This document shows, piece after piece, positions 28,090 through 45,726 of a stretch of DNA of 64,000 nt. A program made the translations under genes and the position numbers. Source of the stretch: Octopus vulgaris (taxonomy: Eukaryota); contig OX597817.1 in assembly GCA_951406725.2 (NCBI GenBank), forward strand, positions 62,744,001 through 62,808,000, written 5' to 3'. The notes under the pieces were generated by a model that was given only the letters and a program-made list of their open reading frames with translations, ran no database searches and was not told the origin of the DNA. Position 1 is the first letter of the stretch. Each line of letters opens with the position of its first letter.

Positions 28090-29029
28090 AATACAGAATT
28101 AAATGTAGGGAAAGCAAATTAGAACAATATATAAAGTATATTAAATACAAGACACAGAAAATATATATGTATACATATATAAAAAGGTCCGAATTACACA
28201 GAATACTAATGATATAGAAAATTAAAAGGGGTGTTTCTCATTCAAACATGTATACATTCAAACATATGTATACACATGGAAACATAGATACATACATGCA
28301 TACATTCATCCAGGCCTACATGAATACTTGCCTACATACAAGTTTATATGCAACCATCTTTGCATGCACCCATACATATATAAAACATATATTCATACAT
28401 ACACGTACCATATTCACATACATACACACGAGCATAAATACGCTCATACATAAAACACATGCACGTGTTTGTACACATATATACGCATAGACATATATGC
28501 ATACGTGCATAATTACATGCACACATACATGCATATATACACATGCATGCATGCATATATACAAAGAAGTGCAAGCACACACAAACACAACAGAGTTTGT
28601 AGCTAAGTCGGATCCCCAAGCAATAAACCTGGTGCCACAATTCGGCTACCTACTCTATATGTGAGCGCATATGCGTATATGTCAAATTAATTTGATTTTA
28701 TAAAATTTATATCTGATATTGTAGAGTCAACTTACATCTTGGTAAGCCTAGTACTTATTTTATAGATTTCTTAACCGAACCGCTAAGTTAGGGGACGTAA
28801 ACAAACGGACGACGGTTGTCAAAGAACTGTCAGGTACAGACACCTTAACTCAGTATTAATCAACAACCTACCGCAATCGTCACCTTTACAAAATAGTTTG
28901 AACAGTCTGTCATCAAATTAATTTGATTTTATAAAATTTGTATCTGATATCGTAGAGTCAACTTCTATGAACGCCTTTTGGGGCTAAATTTTATCATGTC
29001 TAGGTTAGACATGATTTGAGACAACAATC

Positions 29030-29420
29030 TTTTCTTATTTCTTTATTGCCCACAAGGAGCTAAACAAAGATGGGACAAACAAGGACAGACAACGGATTAA
29101 GTCGATTATATCGACTCCAGTGCGTAACTGGTACTTAATTTATCGACCCCGGAAGGATGAAAGGTAAACTCGACCTCGGCGGAATTTGAACTCAGAACGT
29201 AACAGCAGACGAAATACTGCTAAGAATTTCGCCCAGTGCGCTAACGTTTCTGCCAACTAACCGCCTTTTAACAAACTGTTCTATTATAGGTACTAGGCCT
29301 GAAATTTTGGAGCAAGGAGCTGGCCGATTTCTTGGACCCCAATGTTCAACAGTTCTTATTTCATCGACCCCGAAAGGAAGAAAGGCAAAGTCGACCTCGT
29401 AGCATTTGAATTCTGAACGA
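29030..29420 (-). mobile_element. SINE family B (one full and one partial copy)
   Basis: Family consensus, reverse strand. Confidence 0.8.
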
Positions 29421-29867
29421 TCTGAGCCAATAACGGCTAAACCCTACCTAAGTTATTAAGTTACCTACGATTTCTACAGAGAACATGAGGTATGTGAGAG
29501 GCAATTAATTTTACTCTGGATACGAATCTTATACTTCTATGAAACATGGAAGTAGCACACTAAAAACTTAATCAAACAGGTTTATTTCCATCGTTCAAAT
29601 ACTTCTTTACTTCAATACGAAAAATAGGTTCTCTGTAGGTCTTTCAGTTAAGTTTCTTACAAATAAGTTCATCAAAATATATCTAGTTCAGCACCAAAGA
29701 AACTGACTTGTGAGGAACTAGGTTTGATTGTAAATAGCTGTCGATTGTAGCTTTAAGCGATTTGATTTGGAAGCTTCGTATTTTGTAAAAGTTGACTTTC
29801 AATACTTTAAAACATCTTATCTTACCTTCTGATTATAATAACTCTTCATAGAAAAATTATATTTGAT

Positions 29868-30014
29868 CGTGGCTGTGTAGTTGCTTCCCAATCATATGGT
29901 TCCGGTTTCAGTCCCATTGCGTGATATCTAGGGCAAGTGTATTCTACTATAACCTCGGCCAAACCAAAGCCTTGTGAGTGTATTTGGTAGACGGAAGCTG
30001 AAAGAAACCCGTCG

Positions 30015-30095
<81 letters not shown>

Positions 30096-30260
30096 GTGTG
30101 TGTGTGTGTGTGACTTTGTCCCCCTACCTTCGCTTGGTAGTTTGTTTATGCCTCTGTAACTTAGTAGATCGGCAGAATACAGGATAGAATAAGTACTAAA
30201 CTTAAATAATAAGTCCTGGGGTCGATTTCAGATGACTGAAACAAATAAAAGAATAAAGGA
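29868..30260 (+). mobile_element. SINE family A with internal (GATA)n(GT)n
   Basis: Family consensus. Confidence 0.8.
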
Positions 30261-31089
30261 ATTAATAAATCAGTTCAAAAAAGTTCATCACTAGTATAAG
30301 TCAGCCAATAAAAATTACTTCGTAAGTTCTTCACCATATTCTTGAGTTACCTTTTCTAGCAACATGTATTATTTCAGACACCATGTAACTAGACCTCAAC
30401 GTTTTTCATTTTGATTCATTCACATTCTTAAAAATCATACAAATGTTTGAATAAAACTTTAGCGATGTGAGCATGAAAGTAGGCAATATAAGTAAAGTGA
30501 TGTCAATAAAAGAAAATAAAAAACGCAAACAGGTTGTTTAATGACCCTATGATACTGTTGTATTATTAAGCAACTTATATAAAGTAACACACCATCTTTT
30601 CTCTTTATTTTCATTTATTGACATCACAACATATATTTTGCCCTGTATTACTCTAACGATTTGTCTTTTCAAACATCGATGTCATTTACACATATTACAA
30701 TACTCTTTAAAATGTATTTAAAAAACATTGGCAGCATAGAATTTTGTTGTGTTCGGTTTTTGCTTTTTATTTTTTTTTTAAATACTATTTAATGACAATG
30801 AATATTTTGCTTGTTACAATAAATTGTTAATTTATCTTTTTTTTCGTAGAATCTGCTGTTAGAGATGTACGACGCTCAATTCAAATTTGCCAGCTGCCAA
30901 ATAAAATGTCATCGTTTTTTTTTTTTCAATATTTTTGGAAAGAAAGAACCATTAATTTTAAAAGCTTTTACTCGCATTTTTTTTCAAACTTTTCAGCTGC
31001 TGGTATATTAATATGCCAGCTCCAGTTCTCGATCCTCAAAAGAGGGGAGGTTGCTTTAAAAAGCCAACTTTGCTATTTTCAGTGTGGTT

Positions 31090-31525
31090 TTTCTCCCTAT
31101 CCTCACCCAAGGTCATGAATGTTGGGTAATGACAATAAAGAATGAGATCGCGAATACAAGCAGCCAAACTAGGATTCTTCCGAAGGATCTTTAGACTGGG
31201 TGCGTAGCTCAGAGATCAGAGTGTCTCTCTAGATCGGGCCACTAATTCTCCGCATTGAGAAGTTACAGCTAAGGTACAAATAATGCGTAATTAGTATATC
31301 ACGGGAAAGGATCGCAAGATAGATTATTGAAGCCGAGTCAACCAGCAGGAGACCTAGGAGTAGATAGCTGGGTAATATCCATAGTCTTGGTCACGTTTGA
31401 AAATCCAGCCGGAAAGTGTTATGACGGTTGCTTAGGATAAAACTCAACAGAGGAGGTACCCTGAGGATTCTACAGCCACGACCATCCCAGGAACAGTGGA
31501 CAGTGAAGATGGATGGATGGATGGA
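31090..31525 (+). mobile_element. RTE-clade (Rex3/Expander-like) LINE 3' end, decayed
   Basis: GHECWVMT..MRSRIQAAKLGFFRRI..WVRSSEIR..PLILRIEKLQLR..TSRRPRSR, ending in a (GATG)n tail typical of Rex3. Confidence 0.75.
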
Positions 31526-32073
31526 CGATACTCTCTAAAGTACATGAAATACAGACTCTACTTATTGCATGAGAATGCAAATAGATCCTATAAAGTCGCA
31601 CAAAAACAGTTTCATAGTAATTGTTCTCACTCTCACAGAACAACGAAACTACTCTCAAATATTTGCCTAAACTGATGGTGTGTGGAGGTTAGAGTATATT
31701 TATTTATACCGTAATAGAAGAAAAATTAATGTTTCTAGATCATTGAACCACCATAAAACTCAAACTAAGTTTTTTTATATTCTTGCATAATGAAACTCAC
31801 CACGAACTAGAAAACTTTGATGTGGAGCAAAGTATGCATGTGTGCACGTAGGTATGCATGGGTGTGTCTGGAGTGGAGGTTTATATCTTTGTGAGCATAT
31901 ATACTTATGTGTTTGCATGTTTGTATGGGAGTGTATAACAGTGACATATCTGATGTGGTGATGAAGAGAATGGTTCAAAGCAATTAAATTTTAAAGGATT
32001 ATAAAACCTTCACTTTTGTTCTGTTTTGTTTCAGTGAGTCCTAAACATTTATAATGTGGTGTAAAAGAATGCA

Positions 32074-32113
<40 letters not shown>

Positions 32114-32119
32114 ATATAT

Positions 32120-32320
32120 AAAGTTAATCCAAACATGAACAAAGAGAAAACACAACAACGCGGGGAGGTGGAACAAGTATAGTGTTATTGGACGCTCAGG
32201 AAAGGAAAGAAGGAGGATGAAACGTTTCGAGCGGAGCTCTTCCTCGGAAACATAGAAAAAGGAAAGGTCCAAGGAAGGGAAGACGGAGAAAAAAAATCGC
32301 CAATGATACAAACGTGGTCA
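32120..32320 (-). mobile_element. Family H pLTR-like element with hammerhead-like motif at 32219-32251
   Basis: Minus strand reads CCGAGGA-A-gagc-tcc-gctc-GAAA-cg-TT. The 3' end abuts (TA)n; helix I is decayed. Confidence 0.6.
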
Positions 32321-33340
32321 CGACTGTGCTATGCCACCACGATAAAATAGTGCTTTCATGACTCGCTACACATGTACGGATGTATGTCGGTATCAAAGTG
32401 TAGTTATATATAGATATATATGTGTGTGTCTGTGTGTGTGTGTGTGTGTGTGTGTCTGTCTGTCTGTGTATGTATGTATGTATACTTATACAAAGGTAGA
32501 TATATAGATAGATATGGTGAGTTGTTTATCGTTTTACTGCGTACGTTTGTCTGTGTAAAGCATGTATATAGTGTGTGTGTGTCTGTCTGTGTGTCTGTGT
32601 GTCTCTGTGTGTGTGTCTGTGTATGCATGTGTGCGTGCGCCCGCGCATAAACGCGAGGAAAAGTTTGCAGAAACTTATCAGAAAGCAAGTGAACCAATTT
32701 AGAGTTTAAGCGAGAGAACAAACCAGAAGGAGACTGACAGAAAGAATAGCAGAGAAAATGAAACGGAGAAAGAAGCAATTTATTTTCTGGATTTCCATTT
32801 GAATTCATTTACTCTTAATAGACGCCTATAATTCAGTGAGATTTTGGGTGGTAGTCGTGGGGTGGGGAGGTTGACTGATATTAATTTATATGCGTACGTT
32901 TGTGGTATAAGAACGTGTCTGCGACTAAGCAAATTGTAGGAAATAAAATGTTTATATGTATACATAATAGATTTTAGTCTCCAACCTTTCAATGCTTTTA
33001 ATTCTCACAGAGCAAAACAGAAACGAAAAAAACAGTGAGAAATTTGTATTCGGTTATTCTAAGTGCATTAATAATATTGAACATGAATATATGAATATTT
33101 CTGTAACTTCTACTGAAAGTAAAACCACATATATATGTATTGAGGTGATGCGCACTTGTTATTGCGTTTTGTAATTGACAGTAAAAGATCATGAGCATAA
33201 TCTATGTAAATGATAAAATCATCATCGATTTTATCAGCTTATTTGAACGGGTGTGCGAGTTGTTAATGCATTTTGTAATGTGCAGCATTGAAATAACGGA
33301 TCATTGGAATAATAGTATTTCTGGGGAAATAAATCATAGC

Positions 33341-33504
33341 CGAGCGCAGGAGTGGCTGTGTGGTAAGTAGCTTGCTGACCAAACACATGGTTCCCAGTTC
33401 AGTCCCTTGGGAAAGTGTCTTCTACTATAGCCCCGGGCCAACCAAAGCCTTGAGAGTGGATTTGGTAGACGGAAACTGAAAGAAGCCCGTCGTATATATG
33501 TATC

Positions 33505-33539
<35 letters not shown>

Positions 33540-33732
33540 TTTCCCCCAACATCGCTTGACAACAGATGCTGGTGTGTTTACGTCGCCGTAACTTGGCGGT
33601 TCAGCAAAAGAGACCGATATAATAAGTACTAGGCTTAGAAAAGAATAAGTCCTGGGGTCGATTTGCTCGAATAAAGGCAGTGCTCCAGCATGGTCACAGT
33701 CAAATGGCTGAAACAAGTAAAAGAGTAAAGGA
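33341..33732 (+). mobile_element. SINE family A, full length
   Basis: Family consensus. Confidence 0.9.
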
Positions 33733-34796
33733 GATACACTCCTGTTAATTTTCATAGTTTATTTTCGCTCTGCTGCATCTATAAGCTGATCCTTGTTCTG
33801 TGCTTTCCTATTTCTCTAACTTATATATTATTTATACCACTGTTCTTTCTCCGGAGCTCTGTATGAGACGGCCACAGTCTAATGACTGAGATAAGAAAAA
33901 TATAAGTAAAAGATAATATTTTTCCCATTAATTCTGTTTCGTATTCTGCATTACAATTTGACACAATGGTTCCTTGTTGTAAATGCATGGGCAATCGACT
34001 TCAAAAGAGTTGTACTTGTAAGTCTGAAATAAATATCTGAGTCGTGAAGTTTACGATTTTCATCTCTGTATTGAAATTCAAATATTTACACCAGTCGCCT
34101 AAAGTAATGTCTATGGTTTGGGTATTTGAGTTTTCATGTTGATATGATTGCTTTTTATTATACATTTTTATAATGTATTTTAATTGTCTGGCAGAAGTTA
34201 AGTTTGATGCATGATATCCCTGTGTCCTCACGTACTATGTGAGTGAATTTGGTTCATGGAGTATAAGAATTTTTACTGTCTTTTTACTAGGTGTTTCGTG
34301 TGCTATCTATTGTATCTGTGTGGATGGATTGGGTTTTTTTTTCGTTTCGTTTTCCATTATTTTTCTACAGCTCTGCCTACTAACATATTTGAGCATCTAT
34401 TATTGATTAAAATTTGTTTAGCTCTTCAAATATCTTCATTTAAAACTGTCACCATTTCATAGAAACCTGCATGAAACCGCCTCTAGTTCTATGATACAAA
34501 TTCCCAGTAATACGATGATCTTAATTAATTAAATCTTTTCATAAACATTTCTTGTTAATCAACGTTTCAAATGTGAACTTAATAGTAGCAAATATAGTTT
34601 TTAAAACTCTTTAATATTTTCCAAATTAATTGAAACAAATTAAATGTATTTCAACATAAGCATGATAAAGAACGCGTTAATGGAGGAAACCATTAAAATG
34701 ATTGGGCAATAAGTGTCTTAAATATGGATGCATAAACTATCCTCGATCACGGAAAGACATTTATTGGTGTCCTGGGTTCCAAAATTCTTCATTTAT

Positions 34797-34995
34797 GCTT
34801 ACTCTTTTACTCTTTCACTTGTTTCAGTCATTTGACTGCGGCCATGATAGAGCACCACCTTTAGTCGAGCAAATCGACCCCAGGACTTATTCTTTGTAAG
34901 CCTATCGGTGCCTTTTGCCGAACCGCTAAGTTACGGGGACGTAAACACACTAGTATCGGTTGTCAAGCGATATTGGGGTACAAACGCAGACACTG

Positions 34996-35067
<72 letters not shown>

Positions 35068-35234
35068 GTACGACGGGCTTCTTTCAGTTTCCGTCTACCA
35101 AATCCACTCACAAGGCTTTGGTCGGCTCAAGGTTATAGGAGAAGACACTTGCACTAGGTGCCACGCAGTGGGACTGAACCCGGGAACATGTGGGTTGGTA
35201 AGCAAGCTACTTACCACACAGCCACTCTTGCGCC
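34797..35234 (-). mobile_element. SINE family A, full length
   Basis: Family consensus. Confidence 0.9.
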
Positions 35235-35296
35235 TTACTTAAGTATATTCATTATTTTCAAAACATTTAAAATCTTTTCGCCTATTCGTATGTGAC

Positions 35297-35332
<36 letters not shown>

Positions 35333-36494
35333 CCTTCAGGACTTCAGGAGAGTTGTATCGCTGTGTTCATCATGTAATAATAATTTCAGTGTATAAAAAG
35401 ATTACTTTACATGTCCACACCAATACGCATCCTACGCATCATACAATACGAATGTACGTTTACAAATCAATGCTGTTCAAGAAGGCTAGGTCATCCGTTC
35501 ACTGGAACATGAGGGTTACACCAATACTTCAACTCTGCATATACATCCAAAATTCCCTTTTTATATGCGATGTATGGAAAACCGATGCTAGATAAATTTA
35601 GGGATCTAGTCTTTCTCATTCTCAATGAACCTTGAACCTTCCTCCACCACCACCACACATTTTAATTTTGCTCAGATTGCTTTCGATTTTGGCGTATCGA
35701 TGCAATTCTAAATTCTGATTACGACCAACTAATTACTTTATCTCGTAACTTAAAGAATCTAATGTTATTTGGGATTAAAGATAGGAACTTTGGGTAATTT
35801 TAGCCAATCAACGGGCAGTGTGGCATTAGAAGCTTGTTACCATGACAACCACACGCTGTGTTGTGGTTCACTTCACTGTCGTCTGCGATTTTGTGGTTCA
35901 CTTCCTTGTCATTTGTGACGCACGTTGTTCTATGTTGATTTTACACATTTGATTCTTCACACCACGTGATTCATTTCATGCCCGTGTTTTGTTTTAATTT
36001 TTCTGTGTGTTAGCATATTACATATTTTTTCTCTGCTTCTGTGTGTTAGTATTTTTCTGTGCTTTTTGTGTGTTTGTATTTTTACATATTGTTCATTTCA
36101 TATATGTTATTCTTATCGTAGTTTACAAATCCAAGCATGGAAAAAGACACCCCTTTCACACACACACACACATGACTGCATAAATTTACATATAAACATA
36201 AATGAATACATACATCCACAGGCACTTATATATTAATGATGTACACAAATACATGACAGGTATACATAATATTGAAATATGCATAAAGTAAACATATGCA
36301 GACAAATATATTAATATAACAAATTAAAAACATAGTAAAAACATACAATCAGCGAAGAGACAAAAGAAACAGTAAGATGATACATGTTAATTTTATTGGG
36401 CATTTTTGTTTGTTTAAAAACCTACAATTAACAGGTCATGTCAGCGACGCTAGACTTGTAAGTTTTAAAATGCATATACAAAATGAAATTAATA

Positions 36495-36868
36495 GGCGCA
36501 GGAGTGGCTTTGTGGTAAGTAGCTTGCTTACCAACCACATGGTTACGGGTTCAGTCCCACTGCGTGACACCTTGGGCAAGTGTCTTCTACTATGGCCTCG
36601 GGCTAACCAAAGTCTTGTGAGTGAATTTGGTCGACGGAAACTGAAAGAATCCCGTCGTATATATGTATATATATTTGTATGTTTGTGTGTCTGTGTTTGC
36701 CCCGCCCCCCCCCTCATCGTCTCCGTGACTTAGCGGTTCGGCAAAAGAAACTGATAGAATAAGTACTAGGCTTACAAAGAATAAGTCCTGGGGTCGACAT
36801 GCTCGACTAAAGACGGTGCTCCAGCATGGCCGCAGTCAAATGACTGAAACAAGTAAAAGAGTAAAGAG
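36495..36868 (+). mobile_element. SINE family A, full length
   Basis: ggcgcaggagtggc head through ...cagtcaaatgactgaaacaagtaaaagagtaaagag tail. Confidence 0.9.
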
Positions 36869-37095
36869 GATATATATTGTATTGAAATGTTATAGCTCGA
36901 CGTGTAAGAATTAGTTTACGAATAGCAGAATTTCTAGATATGGTGTACAGCATTATGGTGTAAAGCATTATCTATTATTAAGGTAAAACCAAATTATGGT
37001 TAACTGAATTAAGGAATTAAACGTTTATATTGATCACGGTTAAATTTCATCAGTGTATTTCAGTTTAATAAGCAAGTAAAATATAGTTAATATAC

Positions 37096-37528
37096 AGGCA
37101 CAAGCGTGTCCCTGTCATAGGAAGTTTGATTCCCAACCACATGTTTCCGGGTTCAGTCCTGCCACGTGGCACCCTGGGAATGTGCTTTCTACTATAACCT
37201 CGGGCCGAACAAAACCGTGTGAGTGGATTTTGTAGACGAAAACTGAAAGAAGCCCGTCGTATGTGCACGCGTGTGTATGTTTGCGCGTGTGCTTGTCTGT
37301 TTCTGTGTGTGTGCGTGTGTGTGCGCACACATGTATGTGTATGTGTGCTTTTTTTCTGTGTTCCACACCACAGCTTGACAGCCGATGTTAATGTGTTTAT
37401 GTCCCCGTACATCAGCGGTACGTTAAAAGAGGCCAATACACTAAGTACTAGACTTAAAGAATAAGTCCTGGGATCTATTTGTTCAAGTAAAGCCCTGGCT
37501 GCAGTCAAATGACTGATACAAGTAACAG
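37096..37528 (+). mobile_element. SINE family A, older copy
   Basis: Diverged family consensus. Confidence 0.8.
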
Positions 37529-37989
37529 AAATAGGAACTATTTATACTTAAGGAGCTAGTATCAATGAGAAATAAGTATTTTGGAGTAGTAGAGTGCTTG
37601 AATATGGTATAATTCATTATCTATCTCTGTGTTAAAAGCAAATTATGGTTAGCAAGATAGGGAATTATTAAATTGTATTGGTGTAGGCTGTAGAAAGTCT
37701 GGGTATTGTTTAATATATTATCAACTATGTAAGACTAAATGACCAATGTAGGTAATTAGCTAGCATAAATGAACGATGTACATTTAGGTGCTGGCTCTAA
37801 TGGTTAATAAGTATTCTTACAAATAGCAGAATGTCTGAATATGTTCCAATACTTTTTCTATTACTAAGATAGGGCAACATAATGGCTGACCAAGGTATCC
37901 AATTTATTCAAAGCATTCATCTAAGCAATAAACTCTATTAGATATGATTATTAAGTGTAAGGTTATGTATAGTTTGAATGTAAGAATGA

Positions 37990-38740
37990 ATTATATCTAA
38001 GGTGCTGGCATCTTACAATCAATGCATCAAGCTGATTAATAATATTCGATTTAATTTTGTTAATCTAAATGCCTCAGATACACAGATCTCACACCGGCCT
38101 TTGCCACCTGTATATGGTTGTGCACTACATACGATACATCAAGCAATTTTAATCTCAGTTGTAAATTTTTAATTCAGTCAGTGAAAGAATAAATAAATTT
38201 AGCTAGAGATGTACTATTAGCATTTTCTCTGTGCCTAAATGTAGAGTTACAATGAATTTTGAATGAGGAAGAGGACAAACGAATGTAAACATGTTCTTTA
38301 CCAGAAGCAGTAATAGAGTATTTATACACTATATTTTTCCTAAAGCATTGGTTATTAATGGGACATTGCATAATTTACATAGAGCAAAGTTAGCTTGAAT
38401 ATTAGTAGGTATAATTGGTTTAGCTTCACTATAATAAATAGTACTATTATTGGAATCGGGAACATCAGTATGTCGATTATCTGTAATAGATATTGTATTG
38501 TGACTGTTTAGGTGGCTAGAAGTTGCAATATTAGATGTAATGTCATTTCCTGTAGTATTATGAGCTACACAGTTTAATTTACTACTGCTAAATCTTGCTA
38601 TATAGTCAGCAATATTAGGTATAGTAGATTTCAACAGTCTTTTGAACATTTTATGACAGCGGTTAGATTTAGAGAAGCGTTTATGCAAAGCTTGAAAATA
38701 TTTTCTAGCCACATTAAAAGCAAAATTTAATCACAAAATA
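37990..38740 (-). mobile_element. Penelope-like element remnant: RT C-terminus plus GIY-YIG endonuclease
   Basis: RKNIL*LN..NVARKYFQALHKRFSKSNRCHKMF..STIPNIADYI; CPINNQCFRKNIVYK..VYIRLSSSSFK..TFRHRENANSTSLAKFI; AQPYTGGKGRCEICVSEA..IINQLDALIVRCQH. Confidence 0.8.
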
Positions 38741-39104
38741 TTCTTACGCAAATCATTTTTGTTTTCATTCTTATAGTTAACTTTATGCTGATTAGATGTT
38801 GTAGAGCCTAAAGTAGTTTGATCATTATAAATAACGGCAATCATATTACTCGATTTAAATGTCCTTATTATTGCTATTATTATTTTCATATACATTCAAC
38901 AGATTAGACTGTTGCAAAAGAAAAAACATTACATCGGACTACAAGTAACCTTAGATGCCAAGAACCGTCCTAACGGGCTACAACAAGTAACCTTAGATGC
39001 TAAGGACCCTCCCAAGTATTCTACCTGCTCCTAATAGTACTGTTTTCTGGAACTGAACAGATGGATAGAGAAAATAGACATGAAAATATTTACATAATCT
39101 ACAT

Positions 39105-39260
39105 CGCTACGTTCTGAGTACAAATTCCACCGATGTCGACTTTGCCTTTCATCCTTTCGGGGTCGATAGAAATAAGTACCAGTTGAAAACTGGGGTCGAT
39201 GTAATCAACTCATCCCCTCCCCCAAAACTGCCCTTGTGGTAAAATTTGAAACTAAATTTG
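39105..39260 (+). mobile_element. SINE family B, headless
   Basis: Central domain and alternative tail. Confidence 0.75.
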
Positions 39261-39276
39261 TAGCAAAAATTTGAAA

Positions 39277-43382
<4,106 letters not shown>

Positions 43383-43899
43383 TTCACACGTGGATTCTGG
43401 CTTCGAATCATCGCTGGTGAGTTTTCTCTAATTTTGTTTGTCTTTAGCCGTTTTCGGTCGCTGAAATTGTAATTATTGTTTGACCGATGTATCGAAGTAT
43501 CTTCTGAAAGAAGAAAACTTTCCTGAAAACTTTATCGGACATATTTTTTTCCATTTATCCCTTTTCACAGCATGGTCAGCACTTGCCTAAACAGAGGAGT
43601 AGGTGTAGGAGAAAAAGTATCTGCTTCCTCGGTTTCAATCGACCTGAGGCATAGTAGTCAAACAAGCGTATCAGTCACCACTCCTTTGTCTTTTGCAAAG
43701 AACCTACAGGCACACCACTATCAACACCACCACTACCATCACCACTAACATCAACAACAACATCGCCAACACCCAAAACAAGACCACTAGCACCAGCATG
43801 ACTTGTGACAACTCTAACAACAACAATAACGACATCAGCAAGAACAACACCAACACCAATAATAGTAGTAACGAAACCAGTAGCAATAAAAACAATATC

Positions 43900-44131
43900 T
43901 ATTTCTTTACTACCCACAAGGGGCTAAACACAGAAAGGACAAACAAGGACAGACAAACGGATTAAGTCGATTACATCGACACCAGTGCGTAACTGGTACT
44001 TAATTTATCGACCCCGAAAGGATGAAAGGCAAAGTCGACCTCGGCGGAATTTGAACTCAGAACGCAGCGGCGGACGAAGTCCCACAATGCATATCGCCCG
44101 GTGTGCTAACGTTGCTGCCAGCTCGCCGCCT
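43900..44131 (-). mobile_element. SINE family B
   Basis: Family consensus. Confidence 0.85.
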
Positions 44132-44371
44132 TAATACCTTTACTATAGATAGTAGTGGTATTGGCATCAAAAAAAGCGCTGTATCAATAGTAATGCTATT
44201 TACGAAGACAGTTACGAGAATACACACCGAAGGAAAAAATTTCCTTCCAAATATAATAAATACATGGCCCACTTATTTCTTTCAAGGGAAAACGGAGGCA
44301 ATTAAAAACTATCAGAGATATATCATTCAACCCGGCGTCATGGTTCTCCGAGAAGAAGAAAATATTTCCTC

Positions 44372-44785
44372 TTTCTTTATTGCTCACAAGGGGCTAAATA
44401 TAGAGGGGACAAACAAAGACAGACAAACGGATTAAGTCGACTATATCGACCCCAGTGCGCAACTGGTACTTATTTAATCGACCCCGAAAGGATGAAAGGC
44501 AAAGTCGACCCTGGCGGAAATTGAACTCAGAACGTAGCGGTAGACGAAATACCTATTTCTTTACTACCCACAAGGGGCTAAACACAGAGAGGACAAACAA
44601 GGACAGACAAACGGATTAAGTCGATTATATCGACCTCAGAGCGTAACAGGTACTTAATTTATCGACCCCGAAAGGATGAAAGGCAAAGTCGACCTCGGCG
44701 GAATTTGAACTCAGAACGTACCGGCAGACGAAATACAGCTACGCATTTCGCCCGTCGTGCTTAACGTTTCTGCCAGCTCGCCGCC
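44372..44785 (-). mobile_element. SINE family B with duplicated body
   Basis: Two bodies and one head; flanked by a ~90-bp diverged direct repeat. Confidence 0.85.
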
Positions 44786-44789
44786 AATT

Positions 44790-45590
44790 TTCTTGCAAGG
44801 GAAAGCGGAGGCAATTAAAAAATATCAGAAAGATATCATTCGACCCGACGTCATAGTTCTCCGAGAAGAGGAAAGGATTTTCACCAAAAAGAGAACAGTA
44901 ATTTATAAGCACGTTTATCGCAGGGAGAGAAAGCCGCTACACCCTTCTCCAGCCGAAATAGAAAAATGCCTCGAGGAGGTGTAGCCTTCTGTACTTTATG
45001 TCTGTTGTGGAAAACAATATGGGAACGTGGTAGCTGTTTCTAGCAACGAAGAGGAAGCGTGTAGGATGGCTACAATGACCTGCACATCCGACCAGTACGT
45101 GATGCTCTTTTTATACATGGTACATCCTGTGACCAAAGTCGGGGTCTCAGACGTACCTCCTCATAGAGACTAGGCCAGAAGCACAGGGACTAGAAGAGCA
45201 CGGGGTGGTGATACGCTTACAATCAAGCCCCTAACAAAACAGAACAGGAGTGTCCATGAAATTCCAGGTTTTGGTTTGCTCGGTAGTTCATGCTAACCCA
45301 GACTTTTTCTGTTTCGGCGAGTGCGAGCAGATGCGGGTGGTCGCGGAGGGTAGGAAAACTAGGTATTACATCTGTGGAGAAATAGGCCACTTAAAAGCTT
45401 TCTGTCCCACTATGGAGAAGGCGAGAGAGGTATCTCATGCTGCTCCAATATTCCCAACCCCAAATCCGTTGCAATCCCAAAGAGGAAGGCAGCGGCAACC
45501 ACAACATCAAACACTGGAACAGAGAGGCAATAAGGCCACAAGAAATCCTGCTGTTCCATTGGATAAACAAGGGGATCCAGATGAGATAAA
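44790..45590 (+). mobile_element. Decayed gag-like ORF1 with a zinc knuckle (Tx1/L1-like LINE)
   Basis: MRVVAEGRKTRYYICGEIGHLKAFCP is a degenerate CX2CX4HX4C preceded by a VVxEGR motif. Confidence 0.5.
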
Positions 45591-45628
45591 AATATTATTA
45601 TCATTATTATTATTATTATTATTATTAC

Positions 45629-45726
<98 letters not shown>

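Noticed and set aside
38935-39015. ~46-bp tandem pair (acaagtaaccttagatgc)
   Set aside because: Only two diverged copies; an unremarkable local duplication.
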